Numbered from the stretch's first letter, positions 39,453 to 50,136 are shown. The stretch is DNA of 64,000 nt from Candidatus Melainabacteria bacterium 17Bon1m (GCA_032128875.1 JAVLKG010000017.1:1-64000); one strand, 5' to 3'. Made by a program: numbers and translations. The notes: a model not told the origin generated them from the sequence alone.

Positions 39453-41156
39453 ATGACCAGAAATCAGGAAATAAACTCATCTAGTGACGGCGCCGAGCCG
39501 TCGGGGATTAGGCAAAGCTCGGAAAGGACACGGGCAGTTCTAAGTAATTTTGCGGCTCGAGATCTATCCAGTCCGCCGGCAGGACGAAGTGATGCTGTCA
39601 CCGCAGGTGATGGCAGTGTGTCTGCGGCAGCCTTGCAGGCATCAGATACGTACGACCCAAAAGCCAGTCCGGCAGAACTTGCAAGAGCGGGCAAATTTAA
39701 AGACAAAACGGCAACAAGGCAAGAAAGCGTACTTGAAATTCCTGACTTGAATGATAAGACAGAACCGAAAATATCAGTGGGCATGGAGGATGTCACCAAG
39801 CAGCCACCAGACAAGCCCCATTTCGTGATTAAGAAAAATGGCGACATTGAGATGTTCGGCGATCCTGAAGCTCTAAAAGCCAAGGATATAAAAATACAGC
39901 TGGAAAGAAATGAAGGACAGTTATATCCGACAGAGGCTCAACAAGCGGCCGCTGAAAAATTAGTCTCCTACTTGTCTGAGCGCTTAAAGAGTCAAAATCC
40001 TGAGCTGGCTAAAAACGGGGTTGAGCTTTCGGACAGTGACGCCGTAGTATCTCCGGAGGCTCGTCAGAATGCAGGCGTACGCCAGCCGCAATCTTCTCAA
40101 ATGAGCCCGGAAACGCAGCAAAGTGTCGGCAATATGAATAGATTCAAGGGCAATAATGGCGGCGAGATGCCGATGGGCAATACGAGAGATTATTTCCCAA
40201 ATAGAGATGTTCCGAGGCAAGCAAATGAGTCTGACCAGCAGGCGGCAGTAAAAGAAGCGGCTGCTGGCTTATTCAACCCCGATAAATCAGAACCATATTC
40301 GACAATTCGCAAGTCGCCAGAAGGCGATCACAGAGTCGGTCGCTACGGCTTTAGCGGCAGACAAATACATAACTGGATGTCCGGCCTAGACCTAGGTGAT
40401 CCGCCGGATCCAGCAAAAATTGAGGAGCTCATCAAGCAAGGCAAACTGCCGAAAGGCTTCAATGTAGACTCGCTGAAAAAATTGCAAGCCATGGCTCAAA
40501 AAATGGCTAATGGCGAAGCTCCAAGCAAAGATGACATGAAGATATTGCCGAAAGAGATGCAAGAAACGATGGCTACCGATATGGTCGCTCAGTTCAAAGA
40601 CCGTCTGGGTGACAATCCTGGGGCAATAGCCGCCGGCATGATGTCCGGCAAATCGGCTTCTGAATTGACTCAAGAAGATCTGAGTTCTCCAACCGGTAAG
40701 CAGTTAACTGATGCAGGTCAGAGACTTTATGACATTGCTACAGCCAGGCAGCAATCTGAGGACGGCAATGACAAGCTTCAGTGGACCCAAGATGGCAAAG
40801 TCAGTATAGGCAACGGCAAGTGGCTGTCAGGAGCAGCCGGACAAGCCTTTATTGCTGCTCAAAAGGATGCCGCCGCCGATGGTATCACTATCCGCGTTAA
40901 CTCAGCCGGAAGAACTTTAGAAGAGCAAAAATATTTGTATGCAAACAGAGGCACCAAGGGAATTTCAAGAACAGTGGCGCTGCCTGGCCGCTCTAATCAC
41001 GAGAGCGGAAACGCGCTTGATATAGCCAATTATCAGCAAGCAAAACCTTACTTGCAAAAGTATGGCTTTGTCCATGGCGATGGCAATGGTCCAATATCTA
41101 ATGACCTTGTGCACTTTAAGTACACAGGCAGAAACTCGAGTACTCGCTACGCCTGA
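39453..41156 (+). CDS. multidomain cell-wall hydrolase with C-terminal M15 (VanY-like) peptidase
   Basis: 'NSAGRTLEEQKYLY..ALPGRSNHESGNALDI..DLVHF'. Confidence 0.8.
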   Translation: MTRNQEINSSSDGAEPSGIRQSSERTRAVLSNFAARDLSSPPAGRSDAVTAGDGSVSAAALQASDTYDPKASPAELARAGKFKDKTATRQESVLEIPDLNDKTEPKISVGMEDVTKQPPDKPHFVIKKNGDIEMFGDPEALKAKDIKIQLERNEGQLYPTEAQQAAAEKLVSYLSERLKSQNPELAKNGVELSDSDAVVSPEARQNAGVRQPQSSQMSPETQQSVGNMNRFKGNNGGEMPMGNTRDYFPNRDVPRQANESDQQAAVKEAAAGLFNPDKSEPYSTIRKSPEGDHRVGRYGFSGRQIHNWMSGLDLGDPPDPAKIEELIKQGKLPKGFNVDSLKKLQAMAQKMANGEAPSKDDMKILPKEMQETMATDMVAQFKDRLGDNPGAIAAGMMSGKSASELTQEDLSSPTGKQLTDAGQRLYDIATARQQSEDGNDKLQWTQDGKVSIGNGKWLSGAAGQAFIAAQKDAAADGITIRVNSAGRTLEEQKYLYANRGTKGISRTVALPGRSNHESGNALDIANYQQAKPYLQKYGFVHGDGNGPISNDLVHFKYTGRNSSTRYA

Positions 41157-41336
41157 GACTGCTTCGCTAAAATAGGCACAGTCTTTCGTTTTGTTGTGTC
41201 AAGGCGAAAACAGCCAGGGCTCGTGTTTCAGGGGTAAGATGGGTTGCAAAGGAGGTTCTGGCATCTGTCAGGAGTTGAGCATCTCGGTCTAGTCAACCTT
41301 ATCCGCTATGATAGAAGACAGGACTGAGCGACTCGT

Positions 41337-41762
41337 ATGGCGACCTTAAAACTCTGGGCAACACTTTCAGCATGTTTATTCCTGTTCTTCTACGGAACAG
41401 GCCAATCGTTTTGTCTATGCGAAGAGTCGGACTATTGCAACGGTGTTGCCAATCAGTTCACCGGCGCCGTAAGCATTGCGATCGCCGAATGTTGTGACGC
41501 TTCCATCGCAAAGGTCGTTGTCAGTACGGTTGATAACTGCTGCTCTGAATGCCCTACTTCTGAACTTTCCGTCAGCAGTATCCGAATCAATGAAGCATCT
41601 GAAAATCATGAACGGATGCATAATGTGCTTTGCACATCCGAGACTTTTAGGTTTGGAAAGGTGGAGCACCTCTCCAGCGCTCAGATGATAAGGCCGCCTC
41701 CGCGCCAACCTGACCTTGTTGACTTACCTGTCTATATCGTCTATCGCAGTATACTAATCTAG
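41337..41762 (+). CDS. Cys-rich CzcI/DUF2946-like leader protein (RPPP)
   Basis: Signal-like N-terminus, CLC, CC, 'CCSEC' and 'IRPPP'; upstream of the second RND operon. Confidence 0.7.
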   Translation: MATLKLWATLSACLFLFFYGTGQSFCLCEESDYCNGVANQFTGAVSIAIAECCDASIAKVVVSTVDNCCSECPTSELSVSSIRINEASENHERMHNVLCTSETFRFGKVEHLSSAQMIRPPPRQPDLVDLPVYIVYRSILI

Positions 41763-41829
41763 CCAAAAAAGCGAACTCGAAGTCGCCGGTAGCGACTGTA
41801 TTCGTGCGTCCCTTTTTTGGTGTCTAAAA

Positions 41830-43331
41830 ATGAATAGATCGAGTCAGTCTTTCGAAAAAGCTGCGTACAAGTGGCATTTTTCTGCACTGGCAATGCTGAT
41901 TTTTCTTGCAGTCTGTTTTGTATATCCTGTCCAACTGTCATTCGCGCACAGTGGAGACAACGAAGCGTTCAATGCCGGAGAGTCTTCCGGACCGGAAGAA
42001 ATTGAGGTTAACGAGCAAGGACTTCGTGCCATAGACATTCAACTTGCAAAAGTTCGATCAACCACCCTAAAAGATATTCTTGAAACAACGGGAAAAGTTA
42101 AGGCTGATGAAACTCGAGCCTTTGATGTCAATCCCACTGTCACAGGAGTGGTCAAAGCTGTATACGCGAAGCAGGGTGACAACGTCAGTAAAGGTAAAGT
42201 ACTGGCGCTTGTGCACAGTATCGAAGTTGCAACTACTTTGACCCAGTTGCTCAATGACAGAACACGAATAAACTCCGACATTGCAAGAGTTCAAACACAA
42301 AGGTCACCTTTGACAGAGAACAAGGGATGTTGAAGGAAGGGATATCTGCTGCAAAAAATTATCATGAGGCAAAAAATGCACATGAATCAGCGCAAGTAAA
42401 GCTTCTTACTTTGCAGCAAAGACTTGAGCAAGAAGTGAAGCTCCTAGAGAAACAGCTCGCGGTCACAACGGCGAATGCAAAAGGTCAGCTAGTCATAATG
42501 GGAATGACCGGCGCAGCCGTTGATACTGCTATCAAAACCGGCATGGTCACTGCAGACTTACCTGTGATAGCTCCCGTCGGTGGCGTTATTACTCTGCGCA
42601 ATATCACTTTAGGGCAGCGCGTCAGTCCGGAAGACAGTGTGTTTTCCATTGTCAATTTGAGCCCGATTTGGATAATGATCGATGTCTTTCAGGAGCAAAT
42701 TCCCAGAGTCAAACAAGGTCAACAAGTATGGATAGAGACGCCTTCGAAGCAGGAACTTAGAGGAGAAATTTCATCCGTTGGTTCGGTTGTCGACGATGCG
42801 ACTAAAACACTCAGCATCAGAGTTATCGCTGATAATCCAAATGGCATACTCAGACCTGGAATGTTTGTGACTGCTCAAGTAGTCGTCGGGCAAGGTACAT
42901 CACAAGCACTGGTAATTCCCGAGACAGCAATCGTCTATTTCAAAGAGCGCCCATTCGTGTATGAAAAGCACGAAGACCATTTTCAGCCGGTTTTCGTTAC
43001 TACCGGGCTGAAAACGTCTCAAGGCGTGGAAATTAAAGAGGGACTGGAGGTTGATGAAACAATAGTTGTATCGGGTGCTGCGCAATTACAGGCGCAATCT
43101 GTACTTAAGCCGGGAAGTGGACATTCGCACAAAGAAGAGGGCGAAGAGTCCGCTCATGAGGAGCATCACGAAGACCATCCCGAACATCAAGAAGGTCACG
43201 GAAAAGAATCAGGCAATTCGGCCGCGTCGCTGATGATATTTTTTGCAGGAGCCGCCAGTTCTCTAATAGCTGTTGCCATCTTTGCTTTCTTCATTCGGCG
43301 AAGCCGCAAGGGAGATGCCAAAGATGCTTAA
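41830..43331 (+). pseudogene. RND periplasmic adaptor split by a frameshift near 42300
   Basis: ORF 41830..42333 has the N-terminal half. ORF 42327..43331 has the rest, and its frame reads adaptor-like 'KVTFDREQG' from ~42300. His-rich tail. Confidence 0.75.
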
Positions 43332-46300
43332 TCGCGTAATTAAATGGTCGATTAACAATCGCGGCATCGTCAATATTCTTGCACTGATATGGTTTATCGT
43401 CGGTAGCATTTCAGTGTTTTCGATGCCTGTGGATGTCTTTCCTGATTTTGCTCCAATACAGGTTGTCGTACTGACTGAGGCACCGGGCTTTGCTCCGGAA
43501 GAGGTCGAAAGCCTAGTAACCATCCCGCTTGAAGCAGGGTTGAATGGAACTGCCAATGTGAAGGTTGTGCGGTCAATTTCAACGATCGGTCTTTCAGTGA
43601 TTACCGTCATTTTTCAAGACGGAACGAATATATTCACTGCCCGACAATTAGTATCTGAAAAACTACAGAGCGCCAGGTCTCGCCTTGCCGCTGGCGTACA
43701 AGAACCTACGTTAGCTCCCATCACATCAGCAGCCGGCGACATTTTGAAATTGGGACTGTACTCCACTGGCAAAACTACAGCCATGGAGGTACGCACCCTT
43801 GTAGATTGGACGATTCGCCTGCGTTTGATGGCGATTACAGGCGTCTCTAATGTCGTTGTGATCGGCGGCGATGAGAAGCAATTTCAAGTTCTAGTCGATC
43901 CAAAAAAGCTAAAGGAATACAACATCACTCTGGATGAGGTATTGGAAGCTGCCGGTCGAAGCAGCACGAACGCAGCCGGTGGCATGCTTCGCACAAAAGA
44001 CACTGAAAAGTTGATTAGAGGTCTGGGACGCGTCAAGTCGCCCGAGGAAATTGCGGAAACCGTTGTGACTAGCCGTAATGGCATACCGGTTTTGCTTAAG
44101 CATGTAGCAGACGTAAAAGTTGGAGCGGCATTCAAAATAGGAGACGCCATTGTCGACGGTCATCCGGGAGTGGTCCTTACGGTCATGAAGCAGCCGTGGG
44201 CAAATACTCTTGAGACAACGCGTTTGATTGAAAAGGCGCTTGAGGAGCTCAAAGAGGGCTTCCCTGCCGATGTGAAGGTAGTAACTACGTTTAGACAGGC
44301 AGACTTCATTGAAATTGCCGTAAAAAATGTCAGCGAAGCTGTTTTGCTTGGCGGTGTGCTTGTTGCAGTCATTCTCTTTGTTTTTCTTCAGAACTGGCGC
44401 GCAGCCTTGATTTCACTCACAGCGATTCCTTTGTCTCTCCTGTCTGCAATTATTGTCCTTAAATTTCAAGGTTACACAATCAATACGATGACGCTCGGTG
44501 GACTGGCAATCGCCATCGGCGAAGTCGTCGACGATGCGATTGTAGATGTCGAAAACGTTTACCGCCGGTTGAGAGAAAATAAAGCGGCAGGCTCACCCAA
44601 GACATCTCTCAGAATCGTTTATGAAGCATCATGCGAGGTGAGAGGGTCTGTTGTTTATGCCACATTTATCGTTGGTCTAGTCTTCCTGCCTGTTTTGTCC
44701 TTAGGGGGATTAGAAGGAAGAATCTTCAGCCCACTGGCAGTCTCTTATCTCGTTTCCTTATTCTCTTCTCTGCTTGTGGCACTGACTGTCACACCGGCTA
44801 TGTGTTACTTGCTGCTTAGAAAAACCAACAACTTGCCCGAGCACGAGACGAAATTTGTCACCTGGTTAAAAGATAGATATCAGCCCATGCTGCGCGTTAG
44901 TCTCGAACATCCTAAAGCAGTGATTTCAGCTGCAGTTGCGATCTTTGTCTTTTCTCTGACGCCACTGCTTGTAATGGGTACTGAATTTTTGCCTGAATTT
45001 GATGAGAACAGTCTTGTGGTTGTGGCAACTTCGATGCCCGGTACAAGTTTGACGACAACCACAAATATCGGAAAAGAGCTGATTGCTCACTTTGAGAAAA
45101 AACACGACATTATTGGAGCCAGTCAACGTGCCGGTCGAGCAGAAGGTGGGGAAGATTTTGGCTCGGGAAACTTCAGCGAATTTGATATTAGAGTTCGACC
45201 AGACAGTCCAGAAAAAAAGGACTTGCTGTACCACATACGTCATGAATTCAGTGATGTTCCGGGTCTTATCACTGACTCTGGTTCTTATCTTGAACACCGC
45301 ATGGAGCACGCACTTTCAGGTGTAAATGCTGCTATTGCAATCAAGATTTTCGGCAGCGACTTAGCCATTCTGCACGAGAAAGCATTGGAAATTGAACGTA
45401 TCGTTAAAACTGTAAAAGGTGCTGTCGATGTGCACGTTGAGCAGATTATTCCTGTGCCTCAGTATTCGATAAGAATGAACAGAGCTGCGGCTGCAAGGTA
45501 TGGAGTTCGAGTAAAGGATCTGTCCGACTCCATTGAAACGGCCTTCAGGGGGATGACTGTCGCCCAGGTTATCGAAGGACAGAAGTCTTTCGATATTTAT
45601 GTCTGGTTCAAGCCGGAGTTTCGAGAGAACCTGCAGCTAATCACTGAGACATTGGTCGATACACCTTCAGGTGTGAAAGTCCCTATTAGCACACTTGCAG
45701 AGGTTACAGAGAGCACCAGCCCCAATACTATTAGCCGAGAAAGCGTAAGCAGAAGAGTTGTTGTTCAGGCAAATGTGTCGGAGCGAGATCTTGGGTCTGT
45801 TGTGCAGGATGCCCGTAAGTTGATACACGAAAAAGTGAAGTTGCCGTCTGGCTACTATGTTGTTTACGGTGGTCAATTCGAAGCCCAAGAACAGGCAACC
45901 AGGCAGCTTCTTTTGCTCAGTGTGGCTGCATTGTTTGGCATGCTTCTTCTTCTAACCATGGCTTTTCGCTCCATGCGAGCGGCAATTTTGATTATGGCAA
46001 ATCTTCCTTTAGCCTTAATCGGAGGAATTTGGGCATCACTATTCTTTGGTGGTGTTTTGAGTGTCGGTTCGCTTGTAGGTTTCATTACTCTATTTGGAAT
46101 TTCTACGCGCAACGGCATCATGCTAGTAACTCATTACAGTGACCTACTAGCGAAACCAGCATCATTGGACGTTTTGATAGAAGAAAGTGCAATGGATCGC
46201 TTGAGTCCGGTTTTAATGACTGCACTAACTGCTGCACTCGGCGTTCTACCGATTGCGGTCATGGGCGGCACAGGCAGGGAACTCGAACAGCCTCTGGCAA

Positions 46301-46446
46301 TAGTTATTTTGGGAGGTATGTTTACCTCGACCATTTTGACATTGATTGTTATTCCGTCTTTGCTTAAACTCTATGGCGCAGATCTCAGACCGGTGCATCC
46401 ATCCGGTTCGAGTCAGGGCTCACAAAGGGTTGCAACAAAAACATAG
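43324..46446 (+). CDS. CusA/CzcA family RND transporter
   Basis: 'MPVDVFPD', 'GGLAIAIGEVVDDAIVDVEN' and 'RLSPVLMTAL'; likely start MLNRV at 43324. Confidence 0.95.
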   Translation: MLNRVIKWSINNRGIVNILALIWFIVGSISVFSMPVDVFPDFAPIQVVVLTEAPGFAPEEVESLVTIPLEAGLNGTANVKVVRSISTIGLSVITVIFQDGTNIFTARQLVSEKLQSARSRLAAGVQEPTLAPITSAAGDILKLGLYSTGKTTAMEVRTLVDWTIRLRLMAITGVSNVVVIGGDEKQFQVLVDPKKLKEYNITLDEVLEAAGRSSTNAAGGMLRTKDTEKLIRGLGRVKSPEEIAETVVTSRNGIPVLLKHVADVKVGAAFKIGDAIVDGHPGVVLTVMKQPWANTLETTRLIEKALEELKEGFPADVKVVTTFRQADFIEIAVKNVSEAVLLGGVLVAVILFVFLQNWRAALISLTAIPLSLLSAIIVLKFQGYTINTMTLGGLAIAIGEVVDDAIVDVENVYRRLRENKAAGSPKTSLRIVYEASCEVRGSVVYATFIVGLVFLPVLSLGGLEGRIFSPLAVSYLVSLFSSLLVALTVTPAMCYLLLRKTNNLPEHETKFVTWLKDRYQPMLRVSLEHPKAVISAAVAIFVFSLTPLLVMGTEFLPEFDENSLVVVATSMPGTSLTTTTNIGKELIAHFEKKHDIIGASQRAGRAEGGEDFGSGNFSEFDIRVRPDSPEKKDLLYHIRHEFSDVPGLITDSGSYLEHRMEHALSGVNAAIAIKIFGSDLAILHEKALEIERIVKTVKGAVDVHVEQIIPVPQYSIRMNRAAAARYGVRVKDLSDSIETAFRGMTVAQVIEGQKSFDIYVWFKPEFRENLQLITETLVDTPSGVKVPISTLAEVTESTSPNTISRESVSRRVVVQANVSERDLGSVVQDARKLIHEKVKLPSGYYVVYGGQFEAQEQATRQLLLLSVAALFGMLLLLTMAFRSMRAAILIMANLPLALIGGIWASLFFGGVLSVGSLVGFITLFGISTRNGIMLVTHYSDLLAKPASLDVLIEESAMDRLSPVLMTALTAALGVLPIAVMGGTGRELEQPLAIVILGGMFTSTILTLIVIPSLLKLYGADLRPVHPSGSSQGSQRVATKT

Positions 46447-46480
46447 ACTTGTAAATTGCAAATTTTAAAGGAGTGATTTC

Positions 46481-47104
46481 ATGGACGACTGCTGTAGTGA
46501 CAAAGGATGCGAGTTAGAAGAAATGAAAAGCAGTCATGCAAAGATTTTGTGGACTGTTTTGGCAATTAATGCGGCTATGTTTCTTGTTGAAATAATCTTT
46601 GGAATTCTTTCTAAGTCGACTGCCTTGAAGGCTGATTCTTTGGATATGCTCGGAGATTCGCTAGTATACGCAATGACTTTGGTTGTCTTAGATAAGTCAA
46701 CTCGCAAACAGGCTAGTGCCTCACTGCTTAAGGGGGTGATCATGCTCGTTTTCGGTTTGGGAGTCATGATAGATGCATTCATCCGTTTCTCTATGCATAC
46801 AGTTCCCACAGCTGAAACCATGGGATGGGTTGGTTTTCTCGCATTGGTCATGAACACAGTTTGCTTCTATCTTTTGTGGCGTCACCGCACGGACAATCTG
46901 AACATGAGCTCAACTTGGACCTGCTCTAGAAATGATCTGATTGCCAACGCCGGTGTTATCGTCGCTGCCGGCTTAACTGCCGCAACTCTCTCAAAATGGC
47001 CGGATTTGATAGTCGGGTTTGTAATAGCTGCGCTTTTCATGTCCTCTTCCATATCTGTTTTGAAAAGGTCTATCACTGAGATGCGCCAGATTCCAAGTTC
47101 GTAG
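46481..47104 (+). CDS. short CDF-family cation transporter (no C-terminal domain)
   Basis: 'MDDCC', 'ALKADSLDMLGD' and 'WTCSRNDLIAN'. Confidence 0.85.
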   Translation: MDDCCSDKGCELEEMKSSHAKILWTVLAINAAMFLVEIIFGILSKSTALKADSLDMLGDSLVYAMTLVVLDKSTRKQASASLLKGVIMLVFGLGVMIDAFIRFSMHTVPTAETMGWVGFLALVMNTVCFYLLWRHRTDNLNMSSTWTCSRNDLIANAGVIVAAGLTAATLSKWPDLIVGFVIAALFMSSSISVLKRSITEMRQIPSS

Positions 47105-47296
47105 ATATCAAGTTTACTGGACCTTGAACTGATGATATAAAGCATGGATGGCTTCTAAAGCCTACGGAATCTTTCTTGAATCTTTTGATGTGTTGGTTGA
47201 TTTTGTCAGCTCGTTTGCATCTTTGATTCGGCGTCTCTTGCGGCACTATTCTTAATCTGTTTGTAGGATCTGCAAACAGAGCTCAGGAGCTTATTT

Positions 47297-48013
47297 ATGA
47301 CATCGACACTAACATCTGACAAAGTAGAATCTTTTCTTGAAGTAGTACGAGAGCAAGAATCTCCAATACGAATTTATCCAGAGCAAACAGCTTTCATAAG
47401 CAAGAAGCTTCAGTTCGACTGGAAAGAGGTCATACAAGGTCACTTTGATGGAGATGAAGGACACAAAAATTTTGTAGTTGATGATTGTGGAAGCAAAGAA
47501 AGCTCTTTTGTTTTTTTCGGATCTCAAAAATGGAAACTTGCAAAAATACACTTCCACAGACGTTCTGAGCATCTTCTTGAAAGCAAGCATTCAAAAGACG
47601 GTTCGTTTGATGCCGAGATTCACTTCATCCATGCACCGGTAAAAGAACACGTAGAGACTGGCGACAAGATGATTGAGCCTTCTGAGAATTTGGTGCTTGG
47701 CACTTTCGTTGTTGAAAGTTCGATAGGTGCTAAATCTGACGAGCTGATGTCATTCTTTTCTGCTTGTGAATCCGGCGAGAAGACCGTGCGATTGCCTCTG
47801 GAAATAATCAAACAAGTGACCAAGCTAGAGCAGTTTTACTTCTACAGAGGCTCGCTTACAACAAAGCCATATTCCGAGAACATCTCCTGGGTGGTATTTG
47901 AAAGCCCATTGCAGCTTGATAAAACTGTTCTGGACCCAATCTGCCCGACCACTCAAGAAGCACGCAAAGGTCAGCCTTGGAATCGCCGTTTTGTGCTAAG
48001 AAATTTTGAGTAG
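47297..48013 (+). CDS. alpha-class carbonic anhydrase
   Basis: 'IHFH..SEH', 'EIHFIH' and 'YRGSLTT.P..E..W'; no signal peptide. Confidence 0.85.
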   Translation: MTSTLTSDKVESFLEVVREQESPIRIYPEQTAFISKKLQFDWKEVIQGHFDGDEGHKNFVVDDCGSKESSFVFFGSQKWKLAKIHFHRRSEHLLESKHSKDGSFDAEIHFIHAPVKEHVETGDKMIEPSENLVLGTFVVESSIGAKSDELMSFFSACESGEKTVRLPLEIIKQVTKLEQFYFYRGSLTTKPYSENISWVVFESPLQLDKTVLDPICPTTQEARKGQPWNRRFVLRNFE

Positions 48014-48353
48014 GGGTGCGCTAGTCAGTGACCTGATGCTGGACTCTCTAGTTTTGTTCAGCATTTTTTGATTTTTTGTGCTCAGGCTCAACGGACTTCT
48101 TTTCACCTCCCCTCACGACGACGCGGTGAGCGACAAGAGGCGAGAAAGCGTCTTCAAATGGATTTCGTGGGTATAACCGTCTGTTTGAAAAATTTTTCTG
48201 AGACGTCATCCGGGGCGTTAGAGGAGCGTGTATCAGGCAAGAGAGAAACTATGTTCATTGAAGTAAGGAGCAAAGAAAGTTGACAGGAGTTTCCGACAAA
48301 CCGGTATGTTTGGCGTTCCTGATAAAATTTGTTCCCAAATTCCTCGAGGCGCT

Positions 48354-49112
48354 ATGTCGTTTAGTCAGAAAGACGTTGATCGCTTGCTAGCAGAGTGCGG
48401 CCGCATGTGCTGCATTTGCAAGAAGTTACATCAGGTCCAGGTTCATCACATTCAGCCCCTTAGCGAGGGCGGATCTGATGGAATCGCTAACGCCATTACG
48501 CTGTGTCCCAATTGTCATGATGAAGTTCATGAACGTAGTCACTATTCATCTGGCTGCACTTCTCGACGATACTCTATCTCGGAACTGAAACTTCATCGCG
48601 AATTCACCAAGAAAGTTGCTCGTAAAGAACAAGATTGGGCTCCTGGCTCTCGCACTTGGACTGAAGACCGACATTTGATTTTGTTTTATGCACAGTGTCT
48701 GGACCGTCCCGCTTTTCGCACTTATTTCCATCAAGAACTAAGTTTTGCTGACTTCGACCGCGCTTTAGCAGATACTATTACCGCCATCAATACTGGCTGC
48801 ACCAAAGTAGGCGACTCAACACTTCCAATATCAAAGGGCAAAGTATTTCTGATCCATCGAGATTGGAGAGAAAAAATGGACACTGCAGTTGAGAAACTGG
48901 AAAAAATTCGCGACGCATTGCGCAGAGAGCTTGGGTTAAACAATATGTTAATGGACCATGATCGCTTTGGCAGGCATCATTCTCGATTCCACCAAGCCAC
49001 CGACTTGGGCGACTGGATTGATCAAACAAGACAAGAAATTCTCGACAGCGTCAATTCTATTTTGAAGGAATTAGACCAACCGCCACTAAAGGACCTTAAG
49101 GCAGGGTTTTAA
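48354..49112 (+). CDS. HNH endonuclease with C-terminal helical domain
   Basis: 'CCIC..VHHI.P..GGSD..N.I.LCPNCHDEVH'; likely start MSFSQ at 48354. Confidence 0.85.
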   Translation: MSFSQKDVDRLLAECGRMCCICKKLHQVQVHHIQPLSEGGSDGIANAITLCPNCHDEVHERSHYSSGCTSRRYSISELKLHREFTKKVARKEQDWAPGSRTWTEDRHLILFYAQCLDRPAFRTYFHQELSFADFDRALADTITAINTGCTKVGDSTLPISKGKVFLIHRDWREKMDTAVEKLEKIRDALRRELGLNNMLMDHDRFGRHHSRFHQATDLGDWIDQTRQEILDSVNSILKELDQPPLKDLKAGF

Positions 49113-49130
49113 CTTAAGGAGCGAACTTGC

Positions 49131-49952
49131 ATGAGTGATTTAACCGCCAAAGTTGGACTTGCAACCTCGCTCGAAAAGCAAGGAAAATTCAAAGAAGCAG
49201 AAGTTCTGTTCAAACAAGTTCTTTCTGAGATGTCCGATGCTGATCCTCATCGAGCCGATGTTCTGGCTGCAATCGGAGGGGTTCTACTCATGCAGAAAGG
49301 CTATGAAGAAGCAGAAGAATTTTTTGGTGAAGCTCTTTTGTTGCTTGCGCCGCAGGATGTTCATCGTAAATCAGTCCTGGCGGGTTTAGCGGCTTCCTGT
49401 ATCAATCAAGGAAAGGATGTTGAAGCTGAAAGTTTTTACAGAGAAGCCTTGAACTTTTCTGGACCCAGTGTTCATCAAACTCAAATTACGGCAAACATTT
49501 CTCCAAGCATCAGGCATGCGTCCGATGATCAACTAACTGCGAACCTTTTACAGGGTTTGCCATCGAATGTTCGAGATGATGTGATTGAGTCACAAGCTTG
49601 CCTTCAGAACAAATGCTGGAACGCTTTTGGAGCCATGGCTCGTAGGACAGTACATTCAATCTGTGCCGATCTTGGATGTTCGAAGGGAGATTTGAAAGAT
49701 CAGATCGATGAATTATGTGCTCTAAACAGGCTCAAACTTGAAGAGGCCAATAGTGCACATGAAATACGAACTCTTGGCCGTAATGGAGCGCATCCGGAGT
49801 GGGAACCGGTGACTGAAGAAATGGCGACTAGCGGTTGGGGTTTGCTAATCTGGCTTTGTAAGCGCCTTTATGAACAGCCTCCTGCAAGTCCCAATTGGTC
49901 GACTACAACGACACGTCGTTATCGTTTCGGAAATCCTGGAAACAACCCATAA
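49131..49952 (+). CDS. TPR plus DUF4145 (HEPN-like) protein
   Basis: Three TPR-like repeats; 'MARRTV', 'LKDQIDEL' and 'IRTLGRNGAH'. Confidence 0.75.
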   Translation: MSDLTAKVGLATSLEKQGKFKEAEVLFKQVLSEMSDADPHRADVLAAIGGVLLMQKGYEEAEEFFGEALLLLAPQDVHRKSVLAGLAASCINQGKDVEAESFYREALNFSGPSVHQTQITANISPSIRHASDDQLTANLLQGLPSNVRDDVIESQACLQNKCWNAFGAMARRTVHSICADLGCSKGDLKDQIDELCALNRLKLEEANSAHEIRTLGRNGAHPEWEPVTEEMATSGWGLLIWLCKRLYEQPPASPNWSTTTTRRYRFGNPGNNP

Positions 49953-50136
49953 CTGCTTACTGTGATGTCCGAATTTTCTTGTTAAGCAGAAAAATTGTCG
50001 GCGCAGATGCAGCAGGAACAGAAAATATGCATGCCAGGTCAATTTGCGGAAATCCAAGACAATCGATAGTCTGAGAAATACTTTTCTCAAGCATCTGTCC
50101 GAAAAAGCAAATTTGTTCAGAATGTGTGTTGACGAG

